A stretch of 64,000 nt of DNA. It comes from Minisyncoccota bacterium (GTDB lineage Bacteria; Patescibacteriota; Minisyncoccia; Minisyncoccales; JAQTVQ01). The notes beneath the pieces were generated by a model that was given only the letters and a program-made list of their open reading frames with translations, ran no database searches and was not told where the DNA came from. The stretch's first letter is position 1, and every line of letters starts with the position of its first letter. The position numbers were made by a program, and so were the translations under genes. This document shows, one piece after another, positions 1 to 8,971 of the stretch. The stretch lies in contig JAQTVQ010000002.1 in assembly GCA_028706715.1 (NCBI GenBank), positions 3,510 through 67,509 on the forward strand, read 5' to 3'.

Positions 1-464
1 GCTGGAAAGAAATAGCAAAAAAGCTGGCCCCAAAAGAAGGAAAAACCGAAGACAAAGCTATCCAAAGACTGGAGATGCTTTTAAAGGAATGCTTTGGGTT
101 TAAGCTTTACGACGATGCCCGATTCGCTTTTGATCTTCCAATTCAAAAAGCAATTTTAACGGCTGGCAGCCGTTTTTTACTGGAGCCTTGCAATATTCCC
201 AAAAATATTGAAATCTTTACGCCTTTTGAAACAAGATTCCTTAAGCCTGATCCGAAAGCTTTTCTTTTTGTTCTTAAGCAATTAAAAATTTCGCCGAAAG
301 AAGCGGCAATGATAGGGGATGAAACAGAAAGAGATTTAATCCCGGCTTTAAATCTCGGGATGAGAGCCTTTTTGATTGAAAGAGAAGATAAAAACATCGG
401 TATTTTGCCCAACAAAATTATAAAACTAAGCTCTCTCAAAGAATTAGAAAATTACCTCCTTTGA
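1..464 (+). CDS. HAD-family hydrolase (5' truncated by window edge)
   Basis: Frame open from position 3; KPDP motif III and MIGD-x4-D-x3-A-x2-LGM motif IV. Confidence 0.85.
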   Translation, partial: WKEIAKKLAPKEGKTEDKAIQRLEMLLKECFGFKLYDDARFAFDLPIQKAILTAGSRFLLEPCNIPKNIEIFTPFETRFLKPDPKAFLFVLKQLKISPKEAAMIGDETERDLIPALNLGMRAFLIEREDKNIGILPNKIIKLSSLKELENYLL

Positions 465-489
465 AATATTCTTTAAAAGCTGATAACCT
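461..489 (+). promoter_or_regulatory. Putative sigma70 promoter TTGAAA-17-TAACCT with extended TG
   Basis: TTGAAA 461-466, TG 481-482, TAACCT 484-489; GAGGAG at 499-504 precedes ATG 513. Confidence 0.4.
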
Positions 490-512
490 TTAATGATTGA
501 GGAGTTTTTGCT

Positions 513-656
513 ATGTGCGTTTATGGAGGTCCTGAAAACCGGCCCAAAGGCAAACATCTTTGCGCCAAAGGCAGGCAAAAAAGAGGATTGGCCTTAAGCG
601 ACGGCCCTGATGCCCTAAACGAAGGAGAGAGAAGAAAAAGAGAGGAAGAAGAATGA
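513..656 (+). CDS. Small charged hypothetical protein (47 aa, MCVYGGPENR...RKREEEE)
   Basis: Below ORF-track cutoff; GAGGAG 8 nt upstream and a promoter-like site; no family recognised. Confidence 0.3.
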   Translation: MCVYGGPENRPKGKHLCAKGRQKRGLALSDGPDALNEGERRKREEEE

Positions 657-890
657 ACAGCCGATCTTTTATAAACAAATACGCTCTTTGTAAGGCCGAA
701 CAGAGGCTTGCCGGCGCTGATTGCTTGCAGCCTCATTTTTTTGCTTAAACAATCTTAGCCCCTTTTTGAGTCAATGATTTTTTGATAAACTGAACCAATC
801 TTCCAATTTAACGGCGGAAAGAAACATCGGGGAAAGTATAAAATCACCGCGGAAATTTCTATATTCCGCCAACATAAAATTTTGCATGTT

Positions 891-961
891 AGGCCTGTAG
901 TCAAGCGGCAAGACGCCGCCCTCCTTCGTTAAAACTATGGCGGGCAAAGCATTCGCATTGC
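891..961 (+). pseudogene. Degenerate 5' copy of tRNA-Ala interrupted by a 31-nt hairpin insertion
   Basis: 891-919 matches tRNA 997-1025 at 26/29; after insert 920-950 the match resumes (ATTCGCATTGC 951-961); no T-arm. Confidence 0.8.
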
Positions 962-996
962 ACCCTTCCAAAACAAAATATTCAGCAGTCTTTCAT

Positions 997-1067
997 GGGC
1001 CTGTAGTCAAGTGGCACGACGCCGCATTCGCATTGCGGAAGCGCGAGTCCGATTCTCGCCAGGTCCA
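997..1067 (+). tRNA. tRNA-Ala(CGC)
   Basis: Acceptor GGGCCTG/CAGGTCC with G3:U70; anticodon arm CCGCA-TTCGCAT-TGCGG; T-arm GCGAG-TCCGATT-CTCGC; CCA not encoded. Confidence 0.93.
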
Positions 1068-1112
1068 CAACAATAGAATTTTCGGGCACAAGCCCGATTT
1101 TTTGTCGTTGCC

Positions 1113-1247
1113 GCAATTTCTCGCAAATTAGGAGTTCGCCGAGCTTATATTGGCGGGGTTGAAAACGGAAAAAGAAACCCCACTCTTGCGACAATTCAGA
1201 AAGCAGCCAAAGCTCTTGGATTTTCGGCAGATAAATTGTTGAAATAA
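1113..1247 (+). pseudogene. N-terminally truncated XRE HTH / RM controller-like remnant
   Basis: AISRKLGVRRAYIGGVENGKRNPTLATIQKAAKALGFSADKLLK*; no ATG before upstream in-frame stop at 1074. Confidence 0.75.
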
Positions 1248-1304
1248 TAATTATGCCAAAAAAGAGTTATTCAAAATTAGAAAAAGTTGATATAATAAAG
1301 CTAT

Positions 1305-2477
1305 ATGAGTAGGAGCCAAAAACATCTAAATCATATAGACGCCATTAACCTTGGATCTTATTATACTCCCGAGACTATTGTTGATTTGGCTTATTCTGTT
1401 TTGCAAAATAACATTAAAGATATTAAGGATTTTTCAATAATAGATTCTTCTTGTGGTTACGGTTCGTTTTTGACAAAAAACAACATTGCGAAAAGATTGA
1501 TTGGGGCCGATATTGATCAAAAAGCAATTTCTGAAGCAAAAAAAATAATTAGCAAAGTTGATTTTATCTGCCAAAATTCTCTTTTGAATGTTAATCGTCC
1601 AAGTTTAACGATTAAGAATGATGAAAAAATTATAACCATAGGAAACCCCCCATATAACGATACTACGTCTATAATTCGTAGTTCCATTAAAGATACTTCC
1701 ATCCAGGACAAAATTGATGTCGACATAAAAACCAGGGATTTGGGTATGTCATTTTTGTTGTCTTACGACAAACTTAAAGCGGATTATGTTTGCGTTTTGC
1801 ATCCTTTATCTTATTTAATCAAAAAAGCCAACTTTGCCCTGCTTTCAAAATTTGCTAAAAACTATAAATTAATTGACGGGATAATCATAAGTAGTCATGA
1901 ATTTTCTGATACTTCTCGCGGAATGGCCTTTCCGATTTTGATCGCCCTTTATAAAAGGGACGAAATAGGAATGAGTTATGGCTATATTCAAAATTATCAG
2001 TTTAAGGTAAAGGATGATGGCGTCTTTCGTTTAAAAGATTTTGATACGATAGTCAACTATGTTCAAAAGTATCCAAATAAAAAATTTTTAAATAAAAATG
2101 ACAAGCCGATAGCAAAGTTTTGGACACTAAGAGATATAAATGCTCTTAAACGAAACAGAACTTTTATTGATGAAGATACCTACAATACTGTTTATGTGTT
2201 GATGGAAAAACTGCCTTATTATTGCTACATTGATATTTTTAAACAATATACGGATAAGATGCCGTATTTCATTGGAAATTGTGATGTGATAATTGATAAT
2301 GAAAAATTCGGAAAAATAAAAGAATGTTTTATCGCCCAAAGTGTTCATACAAATCCGATATTAAAAAATAAATTTAAGTTTAGAGAAATTCCTGATGCCA
2401 AACTAAAAATAGATAACTATTTTAAAGAATTGCTTGGAAGTAAATTTGGGAAAAAATATGCCGCAAATTTTAATTAA
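1305..2477 (+). CDS. N6-adenine DNA methyltransferase (M.PabI-like, gamma order)
   Basis: GSYYTP motif X, DSSCGYG motif I, GNPPY motif IV; overlaps R.PabI-like gene. Confidence 0.9.
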   Translation: MSRSQKHLNHIDAINLGSYYTPETIVDLAYSVLQNNIKDIKDFSIIDSSCGYGSFLTKNNIAKRLIGADIDQKAISEAKKIISKVDFICQNSLLNVNRPSLTIKNDEKIITIGNPPYNDTTSIIRSSIKDTSIQDKIDVDIKTRDLGMSFLLSYDKLKADYVCVLHPLSYLIKKANFALLSKFAKNYKLIDGIIISSHEFSDTSRGMAFPILIALYKRDEIGMSYGYIQNYQFKVKDDGVFRLKDFDTIVNYVQKYPNKKFLNKNDKPIAKFWTLRDINALKRNRTFIDEDTYNTVYVLMEKLPYYCYIDIFKQYTDKMPYFIGNCDVIIDNEKFGKIKECFIAQSVHTNPILKNKFKFREIPDAKLKIDNYFKELLGSKFGKKYAANFN

Positions 2478-3219
2478 AAAAGACGAACATAAAATTGAAA
2501 TTCCAATTTTATTAACCGCTGTTAGCGGAAAGATTCGCATTAAAAACCGATCAATCGTAAATGAGTATGGGACGCCAGTTGCAACCAAAAGAGACGGTTT
2601 CTCATTAAGCAATTATGTTGAATGGCAAATTGGCTACGATGTGATTAAAAAGGAAACAGAAAAGCTCGCGGAATCATCGCTGCCTGAAACTGAATTTATT
2701 GGAGCAAACGGAAAAATCAAAGCACTTTACGAATTATCAGAATATATTTGGTATTTCTATAAATGGGATGTCATCTCCAAAGAAGAATTGGAAAATGTTA
2801 TTGCTTATCTTAATTCAATACAAGATCAAAATTTGATTGATAATAATTCTGAGTTGCAAATTGATCGTAGCCACCCAATTGAAAAAAACATAAACGGATT
2901 TGATTTTGAATATACTCAGGTTAAATATCCACTTTTGATTTACAAATTTAACGGATATGAAATAGTTACCGAAATAAAAATTACCGAAAAGCAGTATGCG
3001 GTTGGCACGCAACCAATGCTATATTTATGTTTTCCAATTACAGAATTAAAAGCAAAACATAATTTAATCGGACGATGTGCCGAAGTAAAAGAATTTACCT
3101 ATTTTGAAATTTCAAAGAGTAATATTAAAGTGTTTTTGGAGATGTTAAAAATGTTTGGTCTTCTGTCAAAAAACCATAAACACGATGTCCTACAGATTAT
3201 CAATACGATTATAAATTAG
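2458..3219 (+). CDS. R.PabI-family restriction DNA glycosylase (HALFPIPE fold)
   Basis: Family-like motifs GKIRIKxR, YVEWQIGYD, LYELSE, KQYAVGTQPMLYLCFP; ATG at 2458. Confidence 0.82.
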   Translation: MPQILIKKDEHKIEIPILLTAVSGKIRIKNRSIVNEYGTPVATKRDGFSLSNYVEWQIGYDVIKKETEKLAESSLPETEFIGANGKIKALYELSEYIWYFYKWDVISKEELENVIAYLNSIQDQNLIDNNSELQIDRSHPIEKNINGFDFEYTQVKYPLLIYKFNGYEIVTEIKITEKQYAVGTQPMLYLCFPITELKAKHNLIGRCAEVKEFTYFEISKSNIKVFLEMLKMFGLLSKNHKHDVLQIINTIIN

Positions 3220-3500
3220 GCGGCGTGCCAGCCTTACTGGCACGAAAGATTGCGGTGGCGGAAAAAGAAAAAACGGAAAAGTTTTCTGTTTTGCCACGCG
3301 AAGCGCGGCAATCAGTCGGGGTTTTGTTCAAAATGATTTTTTTTCCAACAAACACCATCAATCGCAACTTTCGCCGTTTTGGAAAGGATCGCTTTGAGGC
3401 TTCGCCGCTCGGCAGAAAGCTTGGGAACGGCAAGAGATAAGCCGCCTTTGAGGCAAGCAAAAAGCGGGATTTTTTGCTGATTTTATGTTATAATATTAGT

Positions 3501-3773
3501 ATGATCCCAAAAGTTATTCGGCCTTTTTTGTGGTCAAACAATTTGGATGAAATGGATCTCCAAAGAGATAAAAGAAGAATAATCCTTAATATTTTGAATA
3601 TCGGCACAAAGCCCGCCACTGATTGGCTTTTTGATTTTTATCCAAGATCAGAAATCGTAAAAATAATTGTTGAGTATGGGGCAAAAGGGGAGTTAAGCGA
3701 AAAGTCTTTGAATTATTGGACATTGATGCTGGATATCCCTTTTAAAAAACTAACAAGCAAACGCTTATCTTAG
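3501..3773 (+). CDS. DUF6922-like protein (putative antitoxin partner)
   Basis: FLWS-x5-DL-x2-DK-x2-II-x2-IL-x2-G-x5-WL-x2-FY pattern; 4 nt upstream of AbiEii-type gene. Confidence 0.7.
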   Translation: MIPKVIRPFLWSNNLDEMDLQRDKRRIILNILNIGTKPATDWLFDFYPRSEIVKIIVEYGAKGELSEKSLNYWTLMLDIPFKKLTSKRLS

Positions 3774-3777
3774 CGAT

Positions 3778-4395
3778 ATGTTTTATAATATTTTGGATAA
3801 AAAAAGGCTGGAGACGCTGCCTTTGCTGAAAAATTTTAAAGATGGCTATTATTTAGCCGGCGAAACCGGACTGGCCTTGCAACTCGGCCGCCGCGACAGT
3901 ATTGATTTTGATTTTTTTTCGCAGAAAGAAATCAATACTGAAAAATTATTTTCTTTAATTAAAGAGGTTTTTAACGGTCGCAGAATAACTAAAGTCCAAG
4001 AAGAAAAAAATTCTCTTACGGTTTTTATTGACGAAAATATTAAATTAAGCTTTTTTTCATATAAATACAGGCTGATAGACGCTTTGGTTAAAGAAAAAGA
4101 TCTTAATATTGCTTCTGTTATGGATATCGCTTGCATGAAGCTGGCGGCAATTGTCAGCCGCGCGTCCAATAAAGACTATATTGATCTGTATTTTATTTTA
4201 AAACGCTTCTCCTTAAAAGAAATTTTGAATAAAATGAATGAAAAAATGCCTGACCTAGACGCCAATTTGGTTTTAAAAAGCCTAGTCTTCTTTAAAGACG
4301 TAGATCAAGAGCCTATAAAATTTCACAACAATAATGAGACAGATTTTGAAACAATTAAAAATTTTTTGATAAAAGAAGTTAGCAGTTTGACTTAA
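3778..4395 (+). CDS. AbiEii/AbiGii-family nucleotidyltransferase
   Basis: YLAGETGLALQLGRRDSIDFDFF and DIACMKLxAIxxRxxxKDYIDLYF motifs. Confidence 0.85.
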   Translation: MFYNILDKKRLETLPLLKNFKDGYYLAGETGLALQLGRRDSIDFDFFSQKEINTEKLFSLIKEVFNGRRITKVQEEKNSLTVFIDENIKLSFFSYKYRLIDALVKEKDLNIASVMDIACMKLAAIVSRASNKDYIDLYFILKRFSLKEILNKMNEKMPDLDANLVLKSLVFFKDVDQEPIKFHNNNETDFETIKNFLIKEVSSLT

Positions 4396-4682
4396 ACAAA
4401 AAAACTGCCGCAAACAAATCAATCCGCATCAAGAAACGATGCGAAAAAACGCTTCATAATCCGCGAATTCTTTCAAAAACCGGCAAAGCAGGCCTTTTGC
4501 CAAAAGAAAAATGGAAGAAAAACCGTCATTCAATGGAAAATAAGGCGTTCACTGAAAAATTTACGGTTCCTGCCTGCAAAACATCCATAAAATTTATTTT
4601 AAATATTTTTCCCTTAAACAATTTTGGGTTCGTTGTATAATTAAATTGCTTTTAATTAGAAAAATCCTTATTTCAAACAATT

Positions 4683-5075
4683 ATGGCGGCAAATCAAGAA
4701 ATCGGCCGGATAGGGGAAAATCTTGCCGCTCAATATTTAAAAGACAAAAAATACAAAATACTGGATCGTAATTATGTTTTCCGCCCGCTTCAAGGCCCGC
4801 CGCTCGGAGAAATAGACATTATCGCGAAAAAAGACGGAATAATCGTTTTTGTTGAAGTAAAAACATTAAGAATATCGGGAAAAGAACCTTTAATCCGGCC
4901 GGAAGAAAAGGCAAACTCAAAAAAGATGCGCAAAATAGCGATAGCGGCGGAAGGCTGGCTGGCGCGAAAAAAAATAAAGTTGGACGCGCCGTGGCAGATA
5001 GACATAATGGCCGTAAAAATTTTAAACGGCGAAAATAAAATAGTGCATTTTGAAAACGCGGTTTCCGGTTTTTGA
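4683..5075 (+). CDS. yraN: YraN-family PD-(D/E)XK protein
   Basis: GxxGExLA, RNY, GEIDIIA, VFVEVK motifs. Confidence 0.9.
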   Translation: MAANQEIGRIGENLAAQYLKDKKYKILDRNYVFRPLQGPPLGEIDIIAKKDGIIVFVEVKTLRISGKEPLIRPEEKANSKKMRKIAIAAEGWLARKKIKLDAPWQIDIMAVKILNGENKIVHFENAVSGF

Positions 5076-5080
5076 TCCAA

Positions 5081-5153
5081 TGTGGATAACCGTCATTGAC
5101 CGCCGCCTCAAATTAAATATAATTACGGTTGTCCGGACAATTATCCGGACAAC
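5081..5153 (+). promoter_or_regulatory. DnaA box + sigma70 promoter + tandem palindromic operator
   Basis: TGTGGATAA 5081-5089; TTGACC 5096-5101, TATAAT 5118-5123; TTGTCCGGACAA-TTATCCGGACAA 5129-5152. Confidence 0.6.
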
Positions 5154-5196
5154 ATTTTTGCCAAACAGAATACAAGTTTGGCTTTCTAAATAAAAT

Positions 5197-5841
5197 ATGC
5201 AGATACAGCAATCTCTCTCGCAAATACAAATTATTTTAGACCAAAGGCTTTCTTTCAGAATCATTTTGGCTGTTTCGGTTTTTTTTCTCGGATGGGCGCT
5301 GTCCTGCTGGCTGGCAAAAAAGATATCCCGCATACTGGAAAAAACAAGCCTTGATAAAATCGCCAAAAGCATTCAATTGGACGGCATCCCCAGAGGAAGC
5401 CTTCACGGTTTTATCGGCGAGATATTAAAATATTCTTTTTTGCTTATAGCCTTAATGGTTGCAACGGACATCGCGGGACTGCAGCAGGTTAGCGGATTTC
5501 TTGTTTCCATTATTAAATTCCTGCCTAATATTTATATCTCTCTCGCCATTCTCTTTATCGCGCTTTTTGCCGAAAGCTTCTGCAGAAAAATCATTGTTGG
5601 AAGCGTTGAGGGAGAAAAATTCGTTTATTCCAAAATATTGGGAGAAACGGCTAGAATCTCCATCAGGATTTTGGCTATTTTAGCCGTTTTATACCAATTA
5701 AAAATAGCTCAAGCGCTGGCATTAAGCGTTTTCATCGCTTTATTGGCCACTTTGGCTTTGGCCGTCGGCATTTCTTTCGGAATGGGAGGCAAAGACATAG
5801 CAAAAAAGTTTTTGGACGAAGTCAAAAAAAAGATTTCTTGA
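5197..5841 (+). CDS. MscS TM-helix (CmpX-like) membrane protein
   Basis: Several TM helices, FLPNI motif and C-terminal AVGISFGMGGKD signature. Confidence 0.75.
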   Translation: MQIQQSLSQIQIILDQRLSFRIILAVSVFFLGWALSCWLAKKISRILEKTSLDKIAKSIQLDGIPRGSLHGFIGEILKYSFLLIALMVATDIAGLQQVSGFLVSIIKFLPNIYISLAILFIALFAESFCRKIIVGSVEGEKFVYSKILGETARISIRILAILAVLYQLKIAQALALSVFIALLATLALAVGISFGMGGKDIAKKFLDEVKKKIS

Positions 5842-5894
5842 GCCTTTTAAACGGAAAAATCCGAAAGAAAGACACTCTCATTTTTTCTTAAATT

Positions 5895-7688
5895 ATGAAA
5901 AACATTACCCCAAAAGATCTTAAAAAAATGGTTCTCTATTCCTGCGAGAGGATAGAAAAAGAGAAAGAGAACATAAACAAAATTAATGTTTTTCCTATAC
6001 CGGACCAAGACACGGGGAATAATCTTGCCAAGACTCTTGCAGGAATAAAAGAAGCGATTGAAAACAAAAACTATAATTCGGCCGAAGATTTGGCCAATGA
6101 TATTTTGGAGGCATCTCTCTCCAGCGCCCAAGGAAACGCAGGAGTGATTTACACCGGTTTTTTAGCCGGTTTTTTATCGCAAATCGGCCGAAAAGATATT
6201 GACGCCAAAACTTTGGGAGAAGCCTTTCGCAAAGGAGCTGAAAGGGCGAAGCAATCAATCCAAAACCCAAAAGAAGGCACTATTCTCAATGTAATAACCG
6301 CTGCCGCTGAAAGCCTTGAAAAAGAAGCTAAAAAGCAAAAAAATATTCCCTCTGCTTTGAAAGAAGCTTCCAAGGCGGCCGGAGAGGCTCTTTTAAAAAC
6401 TCGGGAGCAAATGCCTGTTTTTAAAAAAGCCAATGTTGTTGATGCGGGAGGGCTTGGGTTTGTGATGATTTTGGAAAGCTATCTTGACGCATTAAAAGAC
6501 AAAAAAACAGCTTCTTTCTCCAAGATCAAGCCGTTGGAAAAAGCCAAGAATATCGTCCAGATAATATCCGCTCGCTTTGAAGTGGTGGCTCTCATTGAAG
6601 ATCCTAGAGCCAGCGACATTGAAATGCGCAGATTTTTATCCCGTTTTGGCAATTCTTTGGATATTGTTCAAATAAAAAACAAAATGAAAATCCACATCCA
6701 TACCGATCTTCCGGATGATGTCGTCTCCGCCATAAGGCAAAAAGGACGGATTGTTTCTTTAAGGACCGAAGATATGGCAAAAGAGATAGTGGGAGAGCCT
6801 TCAATCAAAAAAACAACAATCGGATTGGTCACCGATCCTCTTGCCAATCTGACCGATAAGATTATCAGCCGTTACGACATAGAAATAGTTAAGTATGTTT
6901 ATAGCTGGCCGGAAGAGAATATGCTAAGAGGGGAAAATATCTACCAAAAAATGAAAGACGCCGCTTCCAAGGGGATAGCCAACCTGCCCAAAACGTCCCA
7001 GCCGAGCCCGAAAGACTTCCTTGAAGCGTTTAAAAAGAAGCTGGAGCAGGGGTATAAAGACGTTCTTTGCATCAATTTCTCTTCCAAACTTTCAGGAGGA
7101 TACAATTCCGCCTGCCAAGCTAAAAACCTGTTGCCTGAAAACCAAAAGCAAAAAATCCACATTTTTGATTCTATGAACGCCAGCGCCGGACAAGCCTTAA
7201 TCGTTTTAAGGGCCATTGAGCTTATACAAACGAGAAGAAATATCAAAGAAGCGCTGTCCAGCCTCAAAAAAGAAGCGGACAAGGTAAAGATGTACGGGAT
7301 GCCTCAAGATCCCAAATGGCTGGAATGGGGCGGCCGCATCAGCAAGAGCCAAGCCCAATGGTTAAAAAGACTTCAAAAAATAAGAATCAATCCTTTGCTT
7401 GGGATCAAAAAAGGAAAGATAGAAAAAATAGGATTCAGCGCAGGGGCAAAAGAAATGTCCGAGGCTCTTTTTAAAAAAATAATGTCTGACACAAAAATTT
7501 TGAGAAAAGAAAATAAGAACATCCGCATCGTCATAACGCATTGCGACAATCTCCAAGGAGCCAAAAAGCTTAAAGAAATGCTAAGACAAGAAAATTTTGA
7601 AGTTTCTTTTGTCAATTTGACCGATTCAGTCATCGGCGTCCATACGGGACCGGGGACGCTGCTTGCCGCATGGACCGAAATAGATTAA
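5895..7688 (+). CDS. Fatty-acid kinase FakA (DAK2)-FakB (DegV) fusion
   Basis: INVFPIPDQDTG, GNAG, EGTI, VVDAGG, KIHIHTD then DegV motifs PKTSQPS, SSKLSG, GGRI, HTGPG. Confidence 0.9.
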   Translation: MKNITPKDLKKMVLYSCERIEKEKENINKINVFPIPDQDTGNNLAKTLAGIKEAIENKNYNSAEDLANDILEASLSSAQGNAGVIYTGFLAGFLSQIGRKDIDAKTLGEAFRKGAERAKQSIQNPKEGTILNVITAAAESLEKEAKKQKNIPSALKEASKAAGEALLKTREQMPVFKKANVVDAGGLGFVMILESYLDALKDKKTASFSKIKPLEKAKNIVQIISARFEVVALIEDPRASDIEMRRFLSRFGNSLDIVQIKNKMKIHIHTDLPDDVVSAIRQKGRIVSLRTEDMAKEIVGEPSIKKTTIGLVTDPLANLTDKIISRYDIEIVKYVYSWPEENMLRGENIYQKMKDAASKGIANLPKTSQPSPKDFLEAFKKKLEQGYKDVLCINFSSKLSGGYNSACQAKNLLPENQKQKIHIFDSMNASAGQALIVLRAIELIQTRRNIKEALSSLKKEADKVKMYGMPQDPKWLEWGGRISKSQAQWLKRLQKIRINPLLGIKKGKIEKIGFSAGAKEMSEALFKKIMSDTKILRKENKNIRIVITHCDNLQGAKKLKEMLRQENFEVSFVNLTDSVIGVHTGPGTLLAAWTEID

Positions 7689-7695
7689 CAAATAA

Positions 7696-7787
7696 ATCAA
7701 AGTTGGAAAATCAAAATACAAGCGGGAGAATATATCATCGCAAAGCGATACAATAATTTTACATTTTGATACTTGCATTTAAATTAA
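7696..7787. repeat. AT-rich palindromic intergenic element (partial copy)
   Basis: 7743-7770 is the exact reverse complement of 22354-22381 (28 nt). Confidence 0.75.
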
Positions 7788-7849
7788 AGCGCCATTGAAG
7801 ATAAAAAGCCAGAAGTTATCTGAAATTTAATTTTATATTTAATAATACT

Positions 7850-8971
7850 ATGTACATCAAAGGCGTCGGAATGACAAAATTTGATTACAGCCAAAAACAA
7901 TGGTGGGAATTTGCTTATGAAGCGGCCTTGGACGCCTTGGAAGACGCAAAAATGAAAGCAAGCCAGCTTGACGCAATAGTATTAAGCACCATCTCCAGCG
8001 CCGGAGGAGGAGAGCACCAAACGCATAAAGTTTCTTTAATCTCCGATCTTTTTAAAACCCACATACCGATAATAGAAACTCCTTCCGTATGCTCCGGAGG
8101 GGGAGTGGCTTTTTGGACGGCAAACCGGCTCGGTTTTAAAAATGTTTTGGCTTTGAGCGGAGAGAAAGCGGTGGACAATCGCACCGAAATTACAACCGAT
8201 TTGATAATGTCCGCCGCAGACCGCTCCATAGAACAGACGGAAGGGATGATCTTTCCGGCTCAAAACGCCTTTGTTTGGCAGGAATATATGAAAAAATATA
8301 AAGCCACGATGGAAGACCTTTCTTTAATCTCTTATAAAAACCATCAGAACGCGGCTTTAAACCCAAAGGCTTATTATTATAAAAGGCAAGTGTCCTTGGA
8401 AGATATTAAAAAATCCCCGGAAGTCGCTTCTCCCTTGCGCTTAATGGACTGCTCCATGTCGGTTAACGGCGGAGCGGCCGCGATTTTAACTCAAGAAAAA
8501 ACCGACATAGAGGTGGCAGGATCGGGATTCGCAACCGATTATCTTCTTACTTTCGGAAGGGAGGAGACTCACCATTTTCGCGCTACCGAATTGGCGGCAA
8601 AAAGCGCCTACGAGCAAGCCCGGATTTCTCCTAAGGATATTGATGTCGCCGAACTCCACGACGCTTTTTCTCCCATAGAGCTTTTTTCCTATGAAGATTT
8701 GGGGTTCGTGCCGAAAGGACAAGGAGCCGAGCTTATAAGGTCGGGAAAAATAAATTTGGGAGGAGAGTTTCCAATCAACCCATCGGGAGGATTGAAAGCC
8801 AAAGGACATCCCATTTCAGTAACCGGATTGGCTCAAATTTATGAAATTACGAAACAGCTTAGAGGACAGTGCGGAGAGAGGCAGGCGAAAAACGCGCGCA
8901 TCGGATTATGCCAAAATATCGGAGGAGCGGGGGGAAGCATTACAGTGCATATCTTGAGAAAAATTAAATAA
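7850..8971 (+). CDS. Archaeal/SCP2-type thiolase
   Basis: GVGMTKF start, SVCSGG catalytic Cys, ELHDAF, NPSGGLKAKGHP, QNIGG. Confidence 0.9.
   Translation: MYIKGVGMTKFDYSQKQWWEFAYEAALDALEDAKMKASQLDAIVLSTISSAGGGEHQTHKVSLISDLFKTHIPIIETPSVCSGGGVAFWTANRLGFKNVLALSGEKAVDNRTEITTDLIMSAADRSIEQTEGMIFPAQNAFVWQEYMKKYKATMEDLSLISYKNHQNAALNPKAYYYKRQVSLEDIKKSPEVASPLRLMDCSMSVNGGAAAILTQEKTDIEVAGSGFATDYLLTFGREETHHFRATELAAKSAYEQARISPKDIDVAELHDAFSPIELFSYEDLGFVPKGQGAELIRSGKINLGGEFPINPSGGLKAKGHPISVTGLAQIYEITKQLRGQCGERQAKNARIGLCQNIGGAGGSITVHILRKIK

Noticed and set aside
891-961. Intron-containing or split tRNA
   Set aside because: No T-arm or 3' acceptor strand follows; insert lacks intron features; better explained as a decayed copy.
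771-1194. Short ORFs sharing GVxPLDYRP
   Set aside because: Translations of the tRNA-Ala and its partial duplicate.
3209-3460. ORFs 3209-3460(-) and 3225-3440(+)
   Set aside because: Non-protein-like; region treated as non-coding.
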